From: an uncultured Sangeribacter sp.
GTDB lineage: Bacteria > Bacteroidota > Bacteroidia > Bacteroidales > Muribaculaceae
Direction: 5' to 3'
DNA length: 64,000 bases
Assembly (NCBI GenBank): GCA_964537745.1
Contig: CAZIAX010000001.1
Coordinates: forward strand, 11,865-75,864
A program made the position numbers and the translations under genes. Below the pieces are notes generated by a model. The model was not told where the DNA came from. It did not search any database and worked only from the letters and a program-made list of their open reading frames with translations. Below, piece after piece: positions 10,894-21,029 of this stretch. How positions within the stretch are numbered: position 1 is the stretch's first letter; the number at the start of each line of letters is the position of its first letter.

Positions 10894-10905
10894 TTTGTCA
10901 GGTTG

Positions 10906-13737
10906 TTAGAAAGTTATTTGAGCACCGATGTTATAGAAACGAGACTGAGGAGCGGAGCCGACGTTCAAATCCATAATCTTGCGGTTCTTACCAAATCTCA
11001 CGAGATCATCGCCACTAACGTAAACTTGGAGAGCCTTCACTACCTTACCATCGAACCAAGCCTTCGGGAAGTCGTAGGTCAGCTGGATTTTATCGATAGA
11101 GAAATAATCTGTGCTATACATCCAGAAGTCGGAGGTCACATAGTTGTTGGCGCCATTAGTAGTGGTCAGACGCGGAAGAGTTGCAGTCTCAGCAGTCTCA
11201 GGAGTCCAGCATTCACGAGCCATAGCAGAATACTTGTTCTCGCCATACATCTGATAGTAGCTATTGCCATTGAGAGTGCCATGGCCACCAAAGCCTCCGA
11301 TACCATGAACAAAGAGAGTGAATCCCTTCCAAGCCATCTGCAGATTAGCACCCAAGAAGAATGGGCTGCCATACCATCCGCCCTTTCCGAGGAAAGTCTG
11401 GTCGTTCTGGTCTACCTTACCGTCGCCATTAAGGTCGGCATACTTGAGGTCGCCTGCCTTCAGGTTGGAGCTTCCGAGCGCTGACTGGTCCACAGCTGCT
11501 GCTTCTGCATCGCTCTGGAAGAAACCGAGGCACTTATAACCCCAGATACCGTCGATGATATGACCCTGACGATATTGATAGTCGTTTTCATAAATCTCAT
11601 CACGCTTGGTTGCCTTCGTGTCATAGTATGTACCTGTCACGCCAACCTTGAGGTCAAACTCACCGAAATTCTTCTTGAAGTTGACAGCGAAGTCGAAGCC
11701 AGTACGCTTATTATCGTTCATATTTACATAAGGAACGAAAGAAGCCTCAGGATAGTATGTAGAGAAGTAAGTAGGATACTTGGTAGACTGGTTGCTGATG
11801 AGTCCTTCTGTCTTGTAGAGGAAATACATCGCATTGAAATCAATCATACGATTGGCGAGTTCGCCACGGAGACCTACAGTGAATTCTTTGCGCTTGATGA
11901 AAGTGAGATCCTCATTGCTACCACGCTTCGGGTAAGCAGCGGAAGTGCCACCGACTGCCCAGCTATACCAACCACCGTTGGTGTAATTGGCAGTATACAT
12001 ATAGTAGTCAGTGATGTCAATATCCTGATGGAGGATTGCACCGGAAGCAGAGAGCATCAACTCATTGATGGCGCTGTTGTCCTGAAGGAATTCCTCACCG
12101 GTGAGACGCCAGCCGATAGTAGCTGTAGGCGACCAAGCCTGACGATGTCCGGGAGCAAGTTTGGAAGAGTGAACGCCTGTCACAGCGAGGTCTACGTAGT
12201 AGCGGCGGTCATAGTTATAGTCAGCCTCGAAGCCAATGTTCGCGCTGCTGGTGCGGTGGTAGGTGCCTGAGAGTGTACGCTGCCAGCCGGCAGCTACAGC
12301 AAGAGCGTGGAAGTTGTGAACGTCGTTGAAAGTACGTGTATAGTCGAACTGACCAGACCAATACATAGTCTGACGGCTTGAAGAGCTACCGATGTTCTGC
12401 ACGCCAGAGTGCTCATCCTTGCCTTCAATAGCAACTGAGGTGATTTCCTCAACACCATTATACTGGCTCCATTCCGGGATGAAAACAGCGTAGGAGTTAT
12501 CGTAGCTGGTAGTATAGGAGGTAGCGTAGTCTACTGCAAATTTGGTATTGAAAGTAAGACCTTTTGTCACCATTCCAAGATCAACATTCACACCAGTGTC
12601 AAACTGGAACTGACGGCTTGTAAACTTAGAGTAGCCAGCAGCCATATAGTCAGCGAAGATATTGGATTTGTCAATCTGAGTACCTCCAAGGAAGCAACCA
12701 TTGAAAATATTGGTGGTTGAGCCAAGAAGATCCATTGAGTTGGTTGCTCCTGGATTTACAAGACTAACTGGGATAAACGGGGTAAAACGGTTAGGACGCA
12801 AAGATGCAGCTTGAGACCAGTAATCACCTTTAGCACTGCGTGCGCCATAGAAAGTAGCGCTTGCATTGACATATGCGCTGATGAAATCAGTGATGTCAAC
12901 ATCGATGTTACCACGCACACTGAAACGATCGGTAAAATTGTGCTTTGACTCTCCTACCTTCAGATAGTCGCCCTGGCGATAGTAGTTGATGTTGGTATAG
13001 TAGCGGGCACGTTCGTTACCACCGGAAATCTGAACAGATGCATCTGTGCGGTTGTAGGCCTTCTTCAAGTATTCATCTGAATACATGTTAAGGTTAGGAT
13101 AACGGTAGGGATTAACTCCGCTCCCATAGTTGTAGATATCCTCTGCAGAATAGCGGGGATTCTGACCGTCGTTGATGAGAGCCTGGTTGTAAAGGGCCAT
13201 GTATTCGGCCGAACCAAGATACTCAGGAGTGGACTTAGCCACGTGCCATCCTGTATTTACTCGTGCATTAATCGACAGAGGTGCATTCTCGCCACGCTTG
13301 GTCGTGATGTAGATCACACCCTTTGCAGCGCGTGCACCATAAAGCACAGTTGCAGCAGCACCCTTGATGAAGGTGATATCCTTCACCTCAGTAGAGATGA
13401 CATTGTTCATGTCGCGTGCAACACCGTCGATGAGCACGAGGAAACCCTGATCGTTGTCGGCATCCATACCCCAGAGAGAGTTTCCGTTGAAACCGGAAAC
13501 GTAGCCTGAGATGGTACCGTTGTTGATGTCGTTGATATAGTTGACCTCCATTAGCTTCTCCAGGTCGAGCACCTCAGCTCCGCCGAGCATGTCGCCGCTG
13601 TTGACAGTGCGGAAAGGAAGGTGTACCTGATATCCTGCCACTGAATCCACAGCCTCGTCATTGGCAGCCGCTGCCGGAGAGGCACAAAGTGCAGCTACAG
13701 TGACCATCGGGAGGATCTTATTGAATTTTGTTGTCAT
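10906..13737 (-). CDS. susC: SusC/RagA TonB-dependent transporter (short form, no N-terminal carboxypeptidase-like domain)
   Basis: LVLIDGV...KGAAATVLYGARAAKGVIYITTKRG, GDLKYADLNGDGKVD, terminal Phe. Confidence 0.93.
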   Translation of the reverse strand: MTTKFNKILPMVTVAALCASPAAAANDEAVDSVAGYQVHLPFRTVNSGDMLGGAEVLDLEKLMEVNYINDINNGTISGYVSGFNGNSLWGMDADNDQGFLVLIDGVARDMNNVISTEVKDITFIKGAAATVLYGARAAKGVIYITTKRGENAPLSINARVNTGWHVAKSTPEYLGSAEYMALYNQALINDGQNPRYSAEDIYNYGSGVNPYRYPNLNMYSDEYLKKAYNRTDASVQISGGNERARYYTNINYYRQGDYLKVGESKHNFTDRFSVRGNIDVDITDFISAYVNASATFYGARSAKGDYWSQAASLRPNRFTPFIPVSLVNPGATNSMDLLGSTTNIFNGCFLGGTQIDKSNIFADYMAAGYSKFTSRQFQFDTGVNVDLGMVTKGLTFNTKFAVDYATSYTTSYDNSYAVFIPEWSQYNGVEEITSVAIEGKDEHSGVQNIGSSSSRQTMYWSGQFDYTRTFNDVHNFHALAVAAGWQRTLSGTYHRTSSANIGFEADYNYDRRYYVDLAVTGVHSSKLAPGHRQAWSPTATIGWRLTGEEFLQDNSAINELMLSASGAILHQDIDITDYYMYTANYTNGGWYSWAVGGTSAAYPKRGSNEDLTFIKRKEFTVGLRGELANRMIDFNAMYFLYKTEGLISNQSTKYPTYFSTYYPEASFVPYVNMNDNKRTGFDFAVNFKKNFGEFDLKVGVTGTYYDTKATKRDEIYENDYQYRQGHIIDGIWGYKCLGFFQSDAEAAAVDQSALGSSNLKAGDLKYADLNGDGKVDQNDQTFLGKGGWYGSPFFLGANLQMAWKGFTLFVHGIGGFGGHGTLNGNSYYQMYGENKYSAMARECWTPETAETATLPRLTTTNGANNYVTSDFWMYSTDYFSIDKIQLTYDFPKAWFDGKVVKALQVYVSGDDLVRFGKNRKIMDLNVGSAPQSRFYNIGAQITF

Positions 13738-13771
13738 AAGTTTTCTTACAGTAAGGTTAGTTTATACTCCA

Positions 13772-15718
13772 TTACCATCCCGGGTTCTGTTGGAAACCGG
13801 AGTAGATGTAAGTGTCTTCACGGAGAAGCGGGAACCAGTAGTGCTTCGTATCGAAGTTACGGGTAAGGATGACCTCCTCGTGGAATTCAGCCACTTCCGC
13901 TTCAGCAGGGTCATTTTCAGCAAAGAATTTCTCGTCGGTACCCGATACACGGATGAATTCCTGAGAGGTCTTCACGCAATATTTAGGCTCAGTGAGGAGA
14001 AGCCAGCGCTGAAGGTCGTTGAAACGGAAGCCCTCGAATGCGAGCTCGACTGCACGTTCGCGACGAACCTCGTCCATATAAGCATTACCTGTGAATTTCT
14101 CAGCCACATGTCCTGCCTTAACGCGATCGCGAAGTCTGTTGATGGCATCCACAGAAGTGAGAGAACATTTTGAAGACTTACCCTGTGGGCCACCAAGAAC
14201 AGCAGTTGCCTCAGCATACATCAGATATACGTCAGCAAGACGCATGTAAGGAATGTAGCTGTGTGGGTTGGGACCATAGTCGTCGGCCTGACCGGAATCA
14301 TATTTCTGGCAAGTATGGGGAACGAGTTTCTGATAGAAATATCCCGAACGGCTTGCGTTGGTGATGGCACGCATGGAGCCTCCAGTAGCTAACCCTGCAT
14401 ATTTCATTGGCTTATCTGCCGGATCTGGATCTGCATTGATGTATTTCACACCGTCGAATACGATGTCATGATAGAAGCGCGGGTCGCGATCCTTGAAGGG
14501 ATGCTTGGGATCCCAACCTGACTCCGGATCATCAAGCGGCAGACCGTTGGCCATACCGTAGTTGGCAACGTAGTTAGCTGTCGGCTGGTGGATGTGGTTA
14601 TCCTGGGCGCAAAGCTGATTAGGTCCGAAGGTACGAGTGAAGTTGTAACGGGTAAACGACCAACCTGCAGAAGGACCACGGAGAAGAGCCTCCTTGCCAC
14701 CGGGCTGTTCCCAGCTTCTGCCAGTAGTAAAGAAGAGCTCGCTGTAGCTGTTTTCTACTCCCGATGCCTTCTTGTGGTCGTAGATATTCTCATAGTCGAA
14801 GGAAGCGAACTCATACTGAGTCTGGCCAGCCTCAACAAGAGCGATAATCTCGCCGAGGGCATCGGCAGCCTTACGTGCGTATTCCTGGCTATAGTTGTAG
14901 GTCTGGGCGCCACCTGTCTGAGCACCGTGCTGCATAAGCGGACTTGCTGCCCACAGATAGTTCTTGCCAAGATACGCAAGGGCAGTAATCTTGTTGATAC
15001 GAAGCTCGTTCTTTCCGAGAGTATTCTTTCCTGCTGTAGTATTATCCCAATTGATGGGAAGCAGATCGGCGGCCTTTTGGAAGTCTTCGGCAGCCTTGTC
15101 GGCACATTCTACATAAGAAAGACGCTCGAGGCGAGGAGTCTCTGATGCAGAGAACACTTGGTCAATGTAGGGAAGACCACCGAGATATTCCATCATCTCG
15201 AAATGCCACCAAGCGCGGAAGAAGTAGAGCTGACCAAGTATCAGGTTCTTCTCTTCAGCTGTACCAGTGAAATAGTTGTCAATCTCCTGGATACCTTTAT
15301 TTGCCTTTGCAATGCAATACCATGCATGCCCTGCAAGACGGTGATTGAACGGGTTGTTGGAAGTAGGATCGAGTCCATCTCTCTGAGCGGCAAACCAGAA
15401 CTGGGCATTGTTCTGCCAAGCATAATAGTTGCCAAGGTCTATTTGGGTCTGGATAAGACGGTCGGATTCCGCCTGGGGGTTCATAACCTCGTCGTCGCCA
15501 AGGTTCCAGGAAGTGGTCCAATACGCCTTAGCCTTGTCAGGGATACAGTTGTAGATTTCCTCTACGTATCCCTGCATATTGGTGAAATTCTTGAAGGGGG
15601 TGTCGGAAGATACGTTTGAGTCCGGCTCCTTGTCGAGGTAATCCTCGCAGGAAGTCATTCCGGCCGTCAGCGTCATTCCCAACGCGATTGCTCCAAGACC
15701 TTTTATATATCTGTTCAT
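13772..15718 (-). CDS. susD: SusD/RagB glycan-binding lipoprotein
   Basis: MTSC lipobox, GQLYFFRA, RDPRF, MRLADVYLMYAEA, ERAVELAFEGFRFNDLQRW, QNPGW end. Confidence 0.95.
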   Translation of the reverse strand: MNRYIKGLGAIALGMTLTAGMTSCEDYLDKEPDSNVSSDTPFKNFTNMQGYVEEIYNCIPDKAKAYWTTSWNLGDDEVMNPQAESDRLIQTQIDLGNYYAWQNNAQFWFAAQRDGLDPTSNNPFNHRLAGHAWYCIAKANKGIQEIDNYFTGTAEEKNLILGQLYFFRAWWHFEMMEYLGGLPYIDQVFSASETPRLERLSYVECADKAAEDFQKAADLLPINWDNTTAGKNTLGKNELRINKITALAYLGKNYLWAASPLMQHGAQTGGAQTYNYSQEYARKAADALGEIIALVEAGQTQYEFASFDYENIYDHKKASGVENSYSELFFTTGRSWEQPGGKEALLRGPSAGWSFTRYNFTRTFGPNQLCAQDNHIHQPTANYVANYGMANGLPLDDPESGWDPKHPFKDRDPRFYHDIVFDGVKYINADPDPADKPMKYAGLATGGSMRAITNASRSGYFYQKLVPHTCQKYDSGQADDYGPNPHSYIPYMRLADVYLMYAEATAVLGGPQGKSSKCSLTSVDAINRLRDRVKAGHVAEKFTGNAYMDEVRRERAVELAFEGFRFNDLQRWLLLTEPKYCVKTSQEFIRVSGTDEKFFAENDPAEAEVAEFHEEVILTRNFDTKHYWFPLLREDTYIYSGFQQNPGW

Positions 15719-15735
15719 GATTGGATAGTTGAAAA

Positions 15736-18700
15736 TTAGAAGTTGAACTTAATACCTAAGTTGAAGCGACGCATAGTAGGATATGCACCTGAGCCTGCAG
15801 AGCCTGAGAAGTTAGATTCGCGGTCGTCAGGCATGCGCGACCAGAGCCAGAGGTTATTGCCGTTGAGGTAAACCTTAAGGTTGTTCATGCCAAGCTTCTT
15901 AATCCAGCCGCCGTTCCAAGTATAGGCGATCTCGACGTTCTTCAGACGTACGTAAGATGCATCATAAAGATACTGGGTACCGTTGCTGTAGGCACTTGAC
16001 TGAGAATACCAACGGGGAAGCAGGACTTCGCCGTCAAGGTCGTAGCCATTCCACCAAGTTCCAAGATTGTAGACGTTGTCGGTATTGTGGCTGAAAGAAG
16101 TAAGGCCTACGTCGCGAGTCACGTTTGTAACGCCATAGAACTGAACGAAGCAGCTGAAGCCTTTCCATTCGTAACCAATAGTGGCATTGTAGGTATTCTG
16201 TGGAGTGCCGGTGTATCCATATGGAGCGGAGTCTTCCACATCTACCTTACCGTCGCCATTGAAATCGACGATATAATAGTCGCCGGGAAGACGGCTTCCG
16301 TTGTTGACGTCATGTATAGGAGCACCGTAGAGTTCGTCGAGTGAATTGAGATAACCACCGCTGATATGGGAGTGAGTCTGACCGATTGCAAACCCTGCCT
16401 GTTTCTGATAGTCGGGCTTGAGTTCCGGGTCGTCGCGGAAGGTAATCTTGTTGGCAGCGTGAGTCATGTTAAGGTTTGCCCAGATGCGCATGTCTCTACC
16501 GAGCTGCTTGTTGAAACGAAGTTCAAACTCATAACCAGAGACTGTAGCCTTACCAAGGTTGGCAGTCGGAGGAGTCTGACCAAAGTACGAAGGCATCGCA
16601 CGGTCGCCACCGCTGATGAGGATATCGTCACGCTTATCCTTGAAGAGCTCTACTGTACCTGCAATCATGCTGTTGAGGAACGAGAAGTCGATACCAAGGT
16701 TCATCTTCTTTACCTTCTCCCAGTGAGCATCCGGATTGCCGAGAGCGCTCTGGCGATAATAAGAGTAGATTGAGCCATCGTCATATACACCGGGAGTACC
16801 TGTGCCACCGTATCCGGTAGTGACCATCTTAGTGTTGCCACCATAAGCCCATTGGTCCATATAGAGGAAGCGTGCGCCGGAGTCGTCACCAATCTCGCCG
16901 TAAGATGCACGTATCTTAAGTTCCTGCCACCAGTTGTCAAGGCCAGCAGCCTTCCAGAATTTCTCTTCTGACGGACGCCATCCGATAGCGCCTGAGTTGA
17001 AGAAACCGAAACGGAAGCCTTTGCCGAATTTCTCAGAGCCGTTGTAAGCACCGTTGTATTCGAAGAAGTAGCGGTCGTCGAAGTTATAAGTAACACGGAA
17101 CACCCAGTCTTCACGACGGATAGGAATCATGCTGCCCCAGGCGTTTTCCTGACGGGTCCAAACGGCAGTGGCACCGATATTGTTTTTGCCAAATTCGCGT
17201 GCCCAGTTGAGCTGAACCTGGTAGTTCATATTGCGGACTGTATTCCAATCCTGCACGTTACCACCTTGAGTAGACCACTTATTACCCGGCATATAGTCAA
17301 AATTAGTGATTTTGTCATAGTTGGTCTCAGTCTGTACCATACCGGTCTCAGGATCGATCCACTTATGCTGAGGAGAATTGTAGAGGTCATTCACACCTCT
17401 TTGTGCCTCAACGAAACGGTTGTCCCAAGAAATCATACCCATAAGGTTAAGACCCGGGGTGATGAACTTAAGGTCCTGATTGAGGACGAAGTCAGTTGTG
17501 ATAGCTGTGGTAGTGGTCTTGAACGCACCACCCATTGCCAACTGTTCTGCTGAGTTAGCTACTTGCGATTTAAATGCGGGATAGTAGCCGAAAGAGCCAT
17601 CAGAATAGATTGGGATGAATACGTCGGGAGCGATGTTGTAGACACCTGCCCACACCTGCTGGTTGTTCCAGTTGCCCTGGTCGAAGGAGTTACCATCGTT
17701 TGGCCAAGTAGAACGCTTCTGACCCATTGAGCCGGCGAGGTTTACCTTAAGAGTAGTAGTCGGAGTCAGTGAGAAGTCAAGGTTAGAACGGGCGTTGATA
17801 CGGTTGTAGCCGAAGCCTGTGTCGTAGCCACGACCATTGTCAATATTCTTAAACATGTCACCCTCGCTAACGAAGTCGATGACCGCGAAGTAACGAACGA
17901 ATTTTGTACCACCGCTGATAGATACATTTCCGTTGTAAGACATCGCGTGGTCTTTGAAGAGGTAGTCTTTCCAATTTACATTGGGATAACGCTCAGCCTC
18001 CTCAAGGTTGGCAGGATTACGATATTTGTCTGCAACTGCAAGTGGAGTCATGTAAGCCCAAGACGAACCCATGATAGGAAGCTCGTGCATAACGGCCTTG
18101 TTTCTCCAAAGAAGAGCATCATAAGAGTCCATCTTATCAGGAAGTTTGGAGATAGTCTTCATTGTTGCAGTAAAACCAACGTCGATTTTTGCGCGACCTT
18201 CCTGACCACGCTTGGTAGTGATAAGGATTACACCGTTTGCACCCTTCACACCGTAGACGGCAGTTGCAGATGCGTCCTTAAGTACAGAGATTGACTTTAC
18301 AGAGCTTACATCGACACTGCTCATCTCACGCTCGATACCATCGACGAGCACGAGAGGGTCGCTGTTGTTCCAAGATGATGCGCCACGGATAGTAATCTTT
18401 GCAGACTCATCACCAGGCATACCGGATGACTGAACAGTCACGACGCCCGGAAGGTTACCGGTAAGGGCTGCACTGATGTCGTGCACACCGGCAGCACGCT
18501 CGAGGACCTCGCCTGTAGTCTGAGTGATAGCACCGACCACAGAAGCTTTCTTCTGCTGGCCGTAGCCCACTACCACTACTTCGTCGAGAAGTTCGGAATC
18601 CTCCTTCATGACAACGTCTACGACTTTACGGCCGCTGACAGCAATCTTCTGATCTGCCATGCCTACGTAGCCGAAGAGAAGGTGGTCCTTCTTGATGTTA

Positions 18701-18906
18701 GGCACATTGATGGAGTAATTACCATCAATGTCGGTAGCCGTACCTATGGAGGTACCGTCTACTCGCACTGTCACGCCGATGAGGGGTTCGCCCGTCTCAT
18801 CGGTCACGTTACCTTTGACTATATCCGCCCAGGCCGATAAGGAACCTGAAAGGAGCATCACCATCAGTAACGCAATGTAACGAAATGGTTTCTTTACATT
18901 TTTCAT
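15736..18906 (-). CDS. susC: SusC/RagA TonB-dependent transporter
   Basis: N-terminal GEPLIGVTV domain, LDEVVVVGYG, LKDASATAVYGVKGANGVILITTKRG, terminal Phe. Confidence 0.97.
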   Translation of the reverse strand: MKNVKKPFRYIALLMVMLLSGSLSAWADIVKGNVTDETGEPLIGVTVRVDGTSIGTATDIDGNYSINVPNIKKDHLLFGYVGMADQKIAVSGRKVVDVVMKEDSELLDEVVVVGYGQQKKASVVGAITQTTGEVLERAAGVHDISAALTGNLPGVVTVQSSGMPGDESAKITIRGASSWNNSDPLVLVDGIEREMSSVDVSSVKSISVLKDASATAVYGVKGANGVILITTKRGQEGRAKIDVGFTATMKTISKLPDKMDSYDALLWRNKAVMHELPIMGSSWAYMTPLAVADKYRNPANLEEAERYPNVNWKDYLFKDHAMSYNGNVSISGGTKFVRYFAVIDFVSEGDMFKNIDNGRGYDTGFGYNRINARSNLDFSLTPTTTLKVNLAGSMGQKRSTWPNDGNSFDQGNWNNQQVWAGVYNIAPDVFIPIYSDGSFGYYPAFKSQVANSAEQLAMGGAFKTTTTAITTDFVLNQDLKFITPGLNLMGMISWDNRFVEAQRGVNDLYNSPQHKWIDPETGMVQTETNYDKITNFDYMPGNKWSTQGGNVQDWNTVRNMNYQVQLNWAREFGKNNIGATAVWTRQENAWGSMIPIRREDWVFRVTYNFDDRYFFEYNGAYNGSEKFGKGFRFGFFNSGAIGWRPSEEKFWKAAGLDNWWQELKIRASYGEIGDDSGARFLYMDQWAYGGNTKMVTTGYGGTGTPGVYDDGSIYSYYRQSALGNPDAHWEKVKKMNLGIDFSFLNSMIAGTVELFKDKRDDILISGGDRAMPSYFGQTPPTANLGKATVSGYEFELRFNKQLGRDMRIWANLNMTHAANKITFRDDPELKPDYQKQAGFAIGQTHSHISGGYLNSLDELYGAPIHDVNNGSRLPGDYYIVDFNGDGKVDVEDSAPYGYTGTPQNTYNATIGYEWKGFSCFVQFYGVTNVTRDVGLTSFSHNTDNVYNLGTWWNGYDLDGEVLLPRWYSQSSAYSNGTQYLYDASYVRLKNVEIAYTWNGGWIKKLGMNNLKVYLNGNNLWLWSRMPDDRESNFSGSAGSGAYPTMRRFNLGIKFNF

Positions 18907-18952
18907 TGCTATTAAATATTAAAGTATAATGGAAAGTTTTCTATTTATTGGA

Positions 18953-19080
18953 TTAAGGGGTTTAAGGGGTTTAAGATGTTTAAGGGATTTTTTTAGATGT
19001 TGTAGATGTTTATGTTTTTTTTATTTTGAACTTCTAAACAATTTAAACCTCATAAACCATTTAAACTATTTAAACCTTAT
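18953..19080. repeat. Two opposed arrays of degenerate 9-bp units forming a long imperfect inverted repeat
   Basis: Left: TTAAGGGGT TTAAGGGGT TTAAGATGT TTAAGGGAT...; right: TAAACAATT TAAACCTCA TAAACCATT TAAACTATT TAAACCTTA. Confidence 0.7.
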
Positions 19081-19083
19081 AGA

Positions 19084-20805
19084 TTAGTCGAGGGATTCGG
19101 CATTGGATGCGTAGAGACCTACTACTGTCCCGGTGAAGCCTCCGGCCTCTGCAGTCGATGTATATCCTGCGTCCACATTGTCGGCAAGAAGTTGCCATTT
19201 CTTTCCGCCATCTGTGGAATAATGGAATCCGTATTTCAATCCGTTGCCTGAAATCTTGAAGTCCACTTCCGAAAGATTGGCGTCGACCGGAATCTCCGCT
19301 ATTGTGTGGCTTCCATCTTCGGCTATCTTGCGGACCTCAAGCTTGTGGGTGTCACCGCTCTTGGTGCGGGCAAGCAGATATTGATGGGTCTCATCCTTAA
19401 GTAGAAGCATTCCGGCGAGTTGACTGTCAGACTCAGGAACGAACGTCATGTGGGTAGTACAATTGAAATTGTGATGGCAGAGACGGCGGCACACATATGG
19501 AAGCACTGCCTTCTCACTTGATTTTACATCTGCACATTTGACTGTCAGATGTCCTGGATTCTGCGAAAGTGAATAATAGTTTGAAGCTGTTCCTCTCAGG
19601 GTCATCCATTCATGATCGAGAGTGGAATCGTTAAATTCGTCATGACGGGTATAGTTGCCGAAAGTCACTTTTTCAGCACGTTTCACATTTTGCTTGTTTC
19701 CCACCAAGGGAACCTCAGCTCCATTCTCCACAAAACGAGGCCAACCCTCTTCGTTCCATTTGACAGGCAGGAGGAATGTCTCGCGACCGAGATTCTCCTT
19801 ATTGTCTTCTACCGGACGGCAAGCAAGGAATACTCCCCACCAGTCTCCTTCAGGTGTCTTCACCAAATCGGCATGGCCGGCGCAGGTCACCGGATTCTCA
19901 CGCGATGGGTCGAGGGTACGCTGGGTGAGGATAGGATTTCCTTCCCACGGAGTGAACGGTCCAAAAGGGGTTGGGCCTTTGTAGATGACCTCACTATGGC
20001 CGATGCTTGTGCCTCCTTCTGCTGTCATGAGGTAGTAGTTGCCCCCCTCTTTATATATATGAGGACCTTCACACCATATGGGTTTCTCTTCCGGACGACA
20101 TCCTTTGTTGACTACGATACGGCGTTCACCGACACACTTGTCGGTGGCCGGGTCAAACTCCACCACACGTACAGTGCGGTGGCCGTCATATTCAGGCTTA
20201 CCATCAGGAGCGTCATCGTTGTTGACGATATATCCTTTTCCGTCTTCATCAAAGAAAAAGGCAGGGTCTATGCCAGCAACTTCGGGAAGCATGATCGGAT
20301 CGCTCCACTCTCCGTAGGGATCCTGGGTCTTGACAAAGAAGTTGCCTGCTCCAACATTGGTCGTCACCATATAGTAAGTCTCATTGGCAGGATTGTAGGC
20401 GATGTCGGGGGCAAAGATACCACCGCTGACATGTTGCTTCTCCATGTTGACGAGCTGCGACTCTCGGGTGAGCACGTGGCCAATCTGCTCCCAATTCACC
20501 AAGTCACGGCTGTGGAAGATAGGGACTCCTGGGAAGAACGTGAAGGTCGAAGTCACCAGGAAGTAATCCCCTTTGCCGTTGGTGCAGAGCGAGGGATCAG
20601 AATACCATCCTGCGAGCACAGGATTGTAGTAGGAACTCTCGTCTGGCAGAGGATTGGCCTTGTAGTAATTGTCATCGCCCTCATAGTGGAAGGAATCAAA
20701 AATCGCCACCGAGCCTTGCGGTGCGATTCCTGCTTTCTTTGCTGAGCAGCCTGGCAGTAGCGCGAGGCAACCGAGACAGATTGCGATGTTGGTTAGTTTT
20801 GCCAT
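19084..20805 (-). CDS. GH43 beta-xylosidase/alpha-arabinofuranosidase lipoprotein with C-terminal beta-sandwich
   Basis: NPVLAGWYSDPS, GIDP, EGPHI, AEGGT, GHADLV, AGGFTG; LPGC lipobox. Confidence 0.92.
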   Translation of the reverse strand: MAKLTNIAICLGCLALLPGCSAKKAGIAPQGSVAIFDSFHYEGDDNYYKANPLPDESSYYNPVLAGWYSDPSLCTNGKGDYFLVTSTFTFFPGVPIFHSRDLVNWEQIGHVLTRESQLVNMEKQHVSGGIFAPDIAYNPANETYYMVTTNVGAGNFFVKTQDPYGEWSDPIMLPEVAGIDPAFFFDEDGKGYIVNNDDAPDGKPEYDGHRTVRVVEFDPATDKCVGERRIVVNKGCRPEEKPIWCEGPHIYKEGGNYYLMTAEGGTSIGHSEVIYKGPTPFGPFTPWEGNPILTQRTLDPSRENPVTCAGHADLVKTPEGDWWGVFLACRPVEDNKENLGRETFLLPVKWNEEGWPRFVENGAEVPLVGNKQNVKRAEKVTFGNYTRHDEFNDSTLDHEWMTLRGTASNYYSLSQNPGHLTVKCADVKSSEKAVLPYVCRRLCHHNFNCTTHMTFVPESDSQLAGMLLLKDETHQYLLARTKSGDTHKLEVRKIAEDGSHTIAEIPVDANLSEVDFKISGNGLKYGFHYSTDGGKKWQLLADNVDAGYTSTAEAGGFTGTVVGLYASNAESLD

Positions 20806-20861
20806 ATGTCTTTATGTTGTCGGTTGTTTGTTCTTGGTTGATTGTTGTTCGATTTGTGGTG

Positions 20862-21025
20862 CAAATTTAGTCAACTTCACCGATATCCCTCGCGCGTACG
20901 ATTTCATATACGTCACTATTTGTCGCAAAACACCAAAACTGTGTATCATTTCCGTAACAATTCGTAACAAAATTTTCTATTATATTAAGGTACAGTTATT
21001 TATAATTGTTACAATTTGTGACAAA
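20862..21025 (-). promoter_or_regulatory. PUL promoter (TAAATTTG at 20862-20869) with phased GTnACA-like boxes upstream
   Basis: Boxes at 20912, 20922, 20943, 20954, 20964, 21008 and 21018 (plus-strand GTCACTA, GTCGCAA, GTATCAT, GTAACAA, GTAACAA, GTTACAA, GTGACAA). Confidence 0.65.
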
Positions 21026-21029
21026 ATTG

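Noticed and set aside
18953-19080. Possible CRISPR array or invertible promoter
   Set aside because: Units are 9 bp and degenerate, with no unique spacers, cas genes or recombinase, and no promoter box between the arms
19612-20745. 377-aa plus-strand ORF
   Set aside because: Antisense shadow of GH43; the same pattern occurs opposite susC/D, porK, porN and S41
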